DNA of 38,494 nt from IMG/VR virus record IMGVR_UViG_3300028588_000051, positions 1 through 38,494 of that record; one strand, given 5' to 3'. The DNA comes from a virus. Taxonomy: Duplodnaviria; Caudoviricetes. How positions within the stretch are numbered: the first letter of the stretch is position 1; each line of letters begins with the position of its first letter. Under the pieces are notes generated by a model. That model was given only the letters and a program-made list of their open reading frames with translations, made no database searches and had not been told where the DNA came from. Positions 33,541-38,494 of the stretch are shown piece after piece. The position numbers and the translations under genes are program-made.

Positions 33541-34766
33541 GGCGCCACGTACCCGGTGTCGGCCGAGATCGCGTAGTGCGTCTGGGGCGTGATGAGCGCC
33601 CCAGCGACGTCACGCTCCGGCAGCATCGCGGGGTTCGCGCCGGCGGCGATGACCGGGCGCATGAGCTTGCCCTCGGCGTTGTAGACGAGCGGCAACGTGC
33701 GCTGGTTGCCCCAAAGCTTGACGACGAAGAGGTTGCGCGCCCAGCGAGGCGACGCGTTCCAGCGCGGGTCGCGAACGATCATCGGCACATCGTTGTCGGG
33801 GAGTGTGCTACACCCGTGGCTAATGTGGTTGGTATCCCAGAGGTGCGCCTGGTCCATGATGAGCGTCGGGCGGACGTGCTCCCACTGGCCGCGAACCCAC
33901 TCGTGGTTCATGCCCGAGAAACGGCCCCCCGGCAGCATGCTCCCATTCACGAGGTGGTTGGCGCACCAGTCGACGGTCACGTCTTCGGTGTAGCCGTCGG
34001 TGCTGGGCCTTGAGGTGTCGCCCGCGATCGAGAACGTGAGCCCCGAGTACAGCGAGTGGTGCACCTTCGTGCGGATCATGCGAGGGCGGGTCGACCCGTT
34101 GAACCCGCAAGGGGAGGCGCCGACCATGTTGCCAGCCTCGTCGCGGCCGTCGAAGTCACAGTCGACGAGAACGGTGTCGACGTCTCGGTAGTTGTTGGTG
34201 TCGAAGACTTCACCTGTGTTGGGTGAATTGCCGCCACCGTACGACAGCCCGCGAGTCTTGACGCGCAGCCACGTCTCGCCGCGTCCGAAGTAGTTCTGGA
34301 TGCCGCCGGCGTGCATCGGCAGGCCATCGGGACCGGTCTGCGGCGCCCCGATGAGGGTGATGTCAGAGAGGGTGCGCTGCTTGCCGCTAGTAGCGTTGTT
34401 CGGCCCGAGGCGGAGAAGCCCTGCGCCCGCCTGCTTGGGCAGCTCGCTTCGGGTGACCTTGTACTGGAAGCTGTCGCGCTTCACGCGAACGACGGTGCCG
34501 CCGCCCTTGACGCCGCGGAGGCCCAGCGGCTTCGGCGCGTAAACCGAGTAGTTGTTGACGTCGCTGTTGCCGATGATCGGGTACTCACCGGCGGGCAGGA
34601 ACACGCGCGCCTCGGTAGTGATGCGCTTCAGGGTGTTGCCGAGGTGTTCGCCGGCGATCGGCTGCGCGTACATCTCTGGAATGTTCGGCAGCGCGAACTC
34701 GGGCGGGGCGATGGTGTAGTCGACCGCGACCGTCTCACCGGCGACCGTGACGGTTGCGCGGCTCAT
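33537..34766 (-). CDS. Right-handed beta-helix (pectin lyase-like) protein; putative polysaccharide depolymerase
   Basis: ATGA overlap at 34766; VFLPAGEY, GLRG..GGTVV, LSDITLIG and LVDCDFDG rung-like motifs. Confidence 0.7.
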   Translation of the reverse strand: MSRATVTVAGETVAVDYTIAPPEFALPNIPEMYAQPIAGEHLGNTLKRITTEARVFLPAGEYPIIGNSDVNNYSVYAPKPLGLRGVKGGGTVVRVKRDSFQYKVTRSELPKQAGAGLLRLGPNNATSGKQRTLSDITLIGAPQTGPDGLPMHAGGIQNYFGRGETWLRVKTRGLSYGGGNSPNTGEVFDTNNYRDVDTVLVDCDFDGRDEAGNMVGASPCGFNGSTRPRMIRTKVHHSLYSGLTFSIAGDTSRPSTDGYTEDVTVDWCANHLVNGSMLPGGRFSGMNHEWVRGQWEHVRPTLIMDQAHLWDTNHISHGCSTLPDNDVPMIVRDPRWNASPRWARNLFVVKLWGNQRTLPLVYNAEGKLMRPVIAAGANPAMLPERDVAGALITPQTHYAISADTGYVAP

Positions 34767-34990
34767 GCGGCAGCCGTGTAGACAGCGGTGGTACCGCTGT
34801 CGCTCTTGAGGGTCCACGTGCGCTCGGCGTCGACGACCTTGATCGGGAAGAGGGCGTCAACCGCGACCGTCTCACCGAGCACGGTGATGTCGACGTGGAT
34901 GCTGCGCTTTTCGGCAAGCTCGGCACTGAGGCCGATGTTGAGCTCGAGGGGGGTCTTCGTGGTGTCGACGGATGCGGTGAGGCCGGCCAT
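34763..34990 (-). CDS. 75-aa beta-rich hypothetical protein
   Basis: GAAGGA RBS before ATG 34990; shares TVxGETVAVD with the next gene. Confidence 0.75.
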   Translation of the reverse strand: MAGLTASVDTTKTPLELNIGLSAELAEKRSIHVDITVLGETVAVDALFPIKVVDAERTWTLKSDSGTTAVYTAAA

Positions 34991-35028
34991 GATGTGTCCT
35001 TCGGTTGGTGTGGCGGGGTAGTTGTTCC

Positions 35029-35065
35029 AGTATGCGCTTGCAATGAGTGGCGCGTCAAGTAGAAT
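35029..35065. promoter_or_regulatory. Overlapping divergent promoters sharing one operator (35046-35059)
   Basis: Plus strand TTGCAA-N16-TAGAAT; minus strand TTGACG-N18-CATACT; operator CTTGACGCGCCACT on the minus strand. Confidence 0.8.
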
Positions 35066-35097
35066 AGGAGAATCTTTTCCGAACGAAAGGAGCCGAC

Positions 35098-35289
35098 ATG
35101 GCTTCCCCCACCGGCCAGGCCGGCACCGCAAAGTACAGCAAGCAACTGGTCATCGCCGCCACCCCCGACATGCGAATCCGAATCGTCAACGAGGCAATCG
35201 CCAACCGCGTCTCGATCAGCGAGGTCGCACGAACCTACATCGAGCTCGGCATGCAAGCCGCCGACGGCCTCGTCGAAGCGGGGAGGTGA
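35098..35289 (+). CDS. Ribbon-helix-helix (Arc/CopG-like) DNA-binding protein
   Basis: GAAAGGAG RBS; beta strand KQLVIA, helix PDMRIRIVNEAIA, then VSISEVARTYIELG. The only plus-strand gene in the leftward arm. Confidence 0.8.
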   Translation: MASPTGQAGTAKYSKQLVIAATPDMRIRIVNEAIANRVSISEVARTYIELGMQAADGLVEAGR

Positions 35290-35317
35290 AATTCATGTCC
35301 ACTCCCGACCTGTAACC

Positions 35318-35381
35318 TAACGAAGCAACGCCCCGACCGGGAAAGCCGCGAGAGCCGCTAGGTCGGGGCGTTGCTTCGTTA
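35318..35381. terminator. Bidirectional terminator between convergent genes
   Basis: 21-bp perfect inverted repeat taacgaagcaacgccccgacc / ggtcggggcgttgcttcgtta. Confidence 0.85.
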
Positions 35382-35600
35382 CGCGGGGCTGATGACCGTG
35401 ACGATCACGCGCCAGGTGAAGTGGTCCCACTTGCCGTCGCGGACGCTCGTGACCGTGGCGCCCTCCGGCACGTTGGAGGCGAACTGCCGCGCCCACAGCG
35501 CCGGGTCCGTTTCGCGCAGCTCGTGCAGCAGCTTGAACGTGCCGCGGCCGGTGCGGAACGTCGCCACGAGGTCCCGGTCGAGTGGCTCGAGGTGGGTCAT
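35379..35600 (-). CDS. Hypothetical protein
   Basis: ATGA overlap with the MTase stop; GAGGA RBS. Confidence 0.7.
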   Translation of the reverse strand: MTHLEPLDRDLVATFRTGRGTFKLLHELRETDPALWARQFASNVPEGATVTSVRDGKWDHFTWRVIVTVISPA

Positions 35601-36925
35601 GAAGTAATCCTCTCGATGCGGGCTTGAATGAGCGGCCAGTAGTCGGGTGTCATCTCAATCCCGATCGACTCGAAGCCCTCGAGGTAGGCGGCCTCGAGGG
35701 TCGTGCCGCTACCGGCGAAGGGCTCGAGCACCACGCCCTCCGGTGGCGTCACCAGCTTCACGAGCTGCCGCATGAGCGTCAGCGGCTTGACAGTCGGGTG
35801 AGCGACGCCATCCACGACGGGGCGTTCAGACTTTGGCGCCTTAGCGACGTAGAAGAAGCGAGACTCGTCAAGCGCTTCGGCCTGCGACTCGTCGAGGATG
35901 ACGTTCGCCGGCCAGCGACCGACGTTCGGGCCCATGCCCGCGCCTCCGGTATTGGGAGCCATCGGACTGTAGACGCCATGCTTTCCCGTGGCCGCCGGTG
36001 AGGCGGGCACTTCCTTGCTGTCCCCAATGCGCGTCGCGTCTATGTTGAGCGCACCGGTGCCGTGCGCGAGGACATTCGCCGCGACCGTACCGGGGAACGG
36101 CTTGCGGGCAACGACGATCGGCTCGAACGCGGGCTTCAGCGCGGTGCCCCATCCCTGCCAAGCCTTCGCCGCGTCCGTCACTGGATCGTCACGGCGATCG
36201 CCACCAGCACCAGCGGCACCGACTCCGGCTGATCCGGTCGCTAGACCTGATCGGTGCTGTCCGGTCTTAACTCGCTCGGCTTCGGCGATCACACCGTCCC
36301 ACTTCTCGCCGTCCATGCCGAGCAGGTCGCGGAGAGCAGGCCACCACTTGGCCTCGGGCCACTGATACTTCTGCCAGTTGGCAACGGCACCGGTTCGACG
36401 CCCGAGTACCTGCTCGGCGACGTCGAAGGTGTTAGTGAACCCCGCCGCCGCAATCGCCGCACGTAGTTCTGCGGCGAACTCGGGATGCCGCTTGACACCA
36501 GGCCGCTTGTCGATCGCCTTGCTGACGTCCATCGACTTCGGGAACCCGGACCCGTAGAGCCACGCGATCGAGTCGCGGATGTCGAACCCAGCGAACCGGA
36601 TTGAGAGAGCCATGAGGTCGAAGGTCCGTGACCCGGCGAACGCGAGCAGGTGCCCGCCCGGTTTCAGCACCCGCAGGCACTCGTCCCACACGGCGGGCGG
36701 GGGCACGAACGCGTCCCACGCCTTCCCCGTGAACCCGCGACCTTCGGGGATGAACTCGCGATCGCCGGTAGCCCACTTCGTCAGCGCCTCGACGACGTGC
36801 CCCGGGTCGGTGTTCGCGAGCCCGTATGGCGGGTCGGTAACGATCGAGTCGATTGAGTCGTCGGGGATGCGCGCAAGCTCGGTCAGGGCGTCGCCCTTGA
36901 GCAGTAGCGGGGGTAGAGGATTCAT
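35597..36925 (-). CDS. Site-specific DNA methyltransferase (N6-A/N4-C, beta class) with inserted HTH
   Basis: IVTDPPY, RVLKPGG, YGSGFPKS, ALKPAFEPI, GRWPAN, HPTVKP and EPFAGSGTT; ATGA overlap at 36925. Confidence 0.93.
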   Translation of the reverse strand: MNPLPPLLLKGDALTELARIPDDSIDSIVTDPPYGLANTDPGHVVEALTKWATGDREFIPEGRGFTGKAWDAFVPPPAVWDECLRVLKPGGHLLAFAGSRTFDLMALSIRFAGFDIRDSIAWLYGSGFPKSMDVSKAIDKRPGVKRHPEFAAELRAAIAAAGFTNTFDVAEQVLGRRTGAVANWQKYQWPEAKWWPALRDLLGMDGEKWDGVIAEAERVKTGQHRSGLATGSAGVGAAGAGGDRRDDPVTDAAKAWQGWGTALKPAFEPIVVARKPFPGTVAANVLAHGTGALNIDATRIGDSKEVPASPAATGKHGVYSPMAPNTGGAGMGPNVGRWPANVILDESQAEALDESRFFYVAKAPKSERPVVDGVAHPTVKPLTLMRQLVKLVTPPEGVVLEPFAGSGTTLEAAYLEGFESIGIEMTPDYWPLIQARIERITS

Positions 36926-37074
36926 CGCAGGGCCTCGCACTGGCCGAGGCTGCGGTGCGCGATGAAGATGCGCTTACCGAAGTCGGGGTCGTCGGCCGCG
37001 GGCGTGCCGAGCTTCATGCCGCACTCGCCGCACGTGATGATCGGGGCGGGTGCGGTGGGGGTCGTGGTGGTCAT
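36922..37074 (-). CDS. 50-aa Zn-binding microprotein
   Basis: GAAAGG RBS, ATGA overlap; CGECG...H....C. Confidence 0.65.
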   Translation of the reverse strand: MTTTTPTAPAPIITCGECGMKLGTPAADDPDFGKRIFIAHRSLGQCEALR

Positions 37075-38494
37075 CGTTTGGCCTTTCGAGGTGACGTGGT
37101 GGGGCGCGACGCGATGTCGGTGACGAGGGCGTCGCCCGGGTTGGTTATGGTGTCGGCCGACGTGCGGAAGCGCACACCGAGCCACGCCTCTGCCTTGGGT
37201 GGCGGGGCCTGTAGCGAATACTGCGGGCGCGACGGCTTGACGGTGAGGCCGAAGGACACGGCTTTCTTGACGACGTTCGGCAGCATTTCGTGGCCGGCGA
37301 AGCGGGAGGCGATCGTGCGAGCGGACCACTGTTGCATGCCTTCGGCTTCTTGCCAGGCGTTGAAGTCTTTCGCGAGGTCGCGAACCCAGATGGCTGAGCC
37401 CTCGTCGAGCTCGAGCGCATCCGACACGTACTTCATCACCGGATCGGCGTTGTAGCGCCACCCGTTCGTGTCGCGGACGACGCGCTCGGGGGCCTCGGGC
37501 ATCATGCGCTGCCTGGCGTACCAGATGCGCGCACCCTGAACGAGCCATGCGAGAACTGCCGGGTCGGCGCTACCGCCGATGCGGTCGCGAAGCGACGGGT
37601 CACCGCGGCGATCGTTCTTCCCCTCGAGCGGTACGCCGGGCTTGCGGAACCGGTAGGGGAAGCGAACGAGCTGCAGGCGACGCCACGTTCCGTGGTCCGT
37701 CTCGGAGACGATCGCGTCGTAGTTCGTCGACACGAAGAGTGAGTGCGATGCCTTCCACGACACGAAGTCCTGGCGCATCCGACGCGCGGTCATGACGGGG
37801 GTGCCGGCGATGTCTTTCAGGCGTTTTGTGTTGAGGACGTGCCCGTCAGGGAGCTCTTCGATCACGGCGAGGCGCGTCCCCATGAGCGTGGTGAGCTCGG
37901 TCGGGTGCGCGCCTTGGGCGGCGTTGATCACGGCGTCGGGGACGGTCGCCACATAGTCGCCGCCAGCGCCTCGGATGGCATTCAAGATGGCGCTCTTGCC
38001 GTTGTCGCCACCGCCGCGCAAGAAGCACACGACGGCATCCTCGGGGATGTGGCCCGTCATGGCCTGTCCGAGGCGGACCTGCATGTACGGTCGCGACCGC
38101 TTAGGCAGGGCGTTGAGGGCGGTGTCCCAGTCGGTCGACGTCGTGGCCGGGTCGTATTCGGCGGAGGTGACCTTCGTGAAGAGTAGCGACGGGTCACTCT
38201 CGTGCAGCTCGCCGGTGCGGAGGTCGACGTACCCGTTGGGGCAGTTGAGCAGATCGGGGTGGTCGTCCGCCGTGAGGCGCGCCTCCATGAGGATGCCGAG
38301 CACGAGGTCTGCGACGGCGCGGGCGCGGTTCCGGGAAAGCAGCGAGAGCGCCTTGCCGATGCCCTGCTTGTCGCCCGCGGCTACGGCGGCGGCGTGCTCG
38401 TCGACCTCTATCGTATCGAGCCCGGTGCGGACAGCCTCGACGAGGGACTGCATGGTCGCCAGCTCCCAGACGGGCGCCGAGTAGCGAAGGAGCC
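37071..38494 (-). CDS. D5/P4-type SF3 helicase C-terminal part of the primase-helicase
   Basis: LLNCPNGYVDLRTG, Walker A GGGDNGKS, RLAVIEE, LFVSTN and DHGTWRRL; continuous with 1..1091. Confidence 0.95.
   Translation of the reverse strand, partial: LLRYSAPVWELATMQSLVEAVRTGLDTIEVDEHAAAVAAGDKQGIGKALSLLSRNRARAVADLVLGILMEARLTADDHPDLLNCPNGYVDLRTGELHESDPSLLFTKVTSAEYDPATTSTDWDTALNALPKRSRPYMQVRLGQAMTGHIPEDAVVCFLRGGGDNGKSAILNAIRGAGGDYVATVPDAVINAAQGAHPTELTTLMGTRLAVIEELPDGHVLNTKRLKDIAGTPVMTARRMRQDFVSWKASHSLFVSTNYDAIVSETDHGTWRRLQLVRFPYRFRKPGVPLEGKNDRRGDPSLRDRIGGSADPAVLAWLVQGARIWYARQRMMPEAPERVVRDTNGWRYNADPVMKYVSDALELDEGSAIWVRDLAKDFNAWQEAEGMQQWSARTIASRFAGHEMLPNVVKKAVSFGLTVKPSRPQYSLQAPPPKAEAWLGVRFRTSADTITNPGDALVTDIASRPTTSPRKAKR
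38368..38494. repeat. Terminal direct repeat, copy of 1-127
   Basis: Exact 127-nt duplication. Confidence 0.95.

Noticed and set aside
35597-36925. Methyltransferase as part of a restriction-modification system
   Set aside because: No adjacent restriction endonuclease; orphan phage MTase.

Overview
This window is an apparently complete, circular genome (38,367 bp unique plus a 127-bp duplicated end) of a GC-rich tailed phage with siphovirus architecture. Gene content and style suggest an actinobacterial host, probably Microbacteriaceae; that is inference only. The rightward arm carries small Cys/His-rich genes, terminase, a 4-gene insert, portal, MuF-like protein, an M15-type endolysin placed inside the head module, scaffold, capsid, head-tail joining genes, major tail, a -1 frameshifted tail chaperone, tape measure, minor tails, a holin cluster and a second fibre/SGNH-esterase module. 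The leftward arm carries a Prim-Pol/SF3 helicase spanning the contig ends, a DNA methyltransferase with an inserted HTH, a beta-helix protein, LuxR-type HTH, DUF2510-like protein, PD-(D/E)XK exonuclease, a putative SSB and endonuclease VII. I saw no integrase, CI-type repressor, ParA, family A/B polymerase, tRNA or CRISPR array. The most interesting layer is regulatory. A 14-bp palindromic operator (consensus AGTGACGCGTCACT) sits inside most sigma-A-like promoters of non-structural genes, including back-to-back promoters flanking a lone ribbon-helix-helix gene. A second class of -10-only, mostly leaderless promoters drives structural genes. Long RBS-occluding RNA leaders with alternative folds precede the capsid and primase genes. 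All calls come from reading the sequence; no database search was run.
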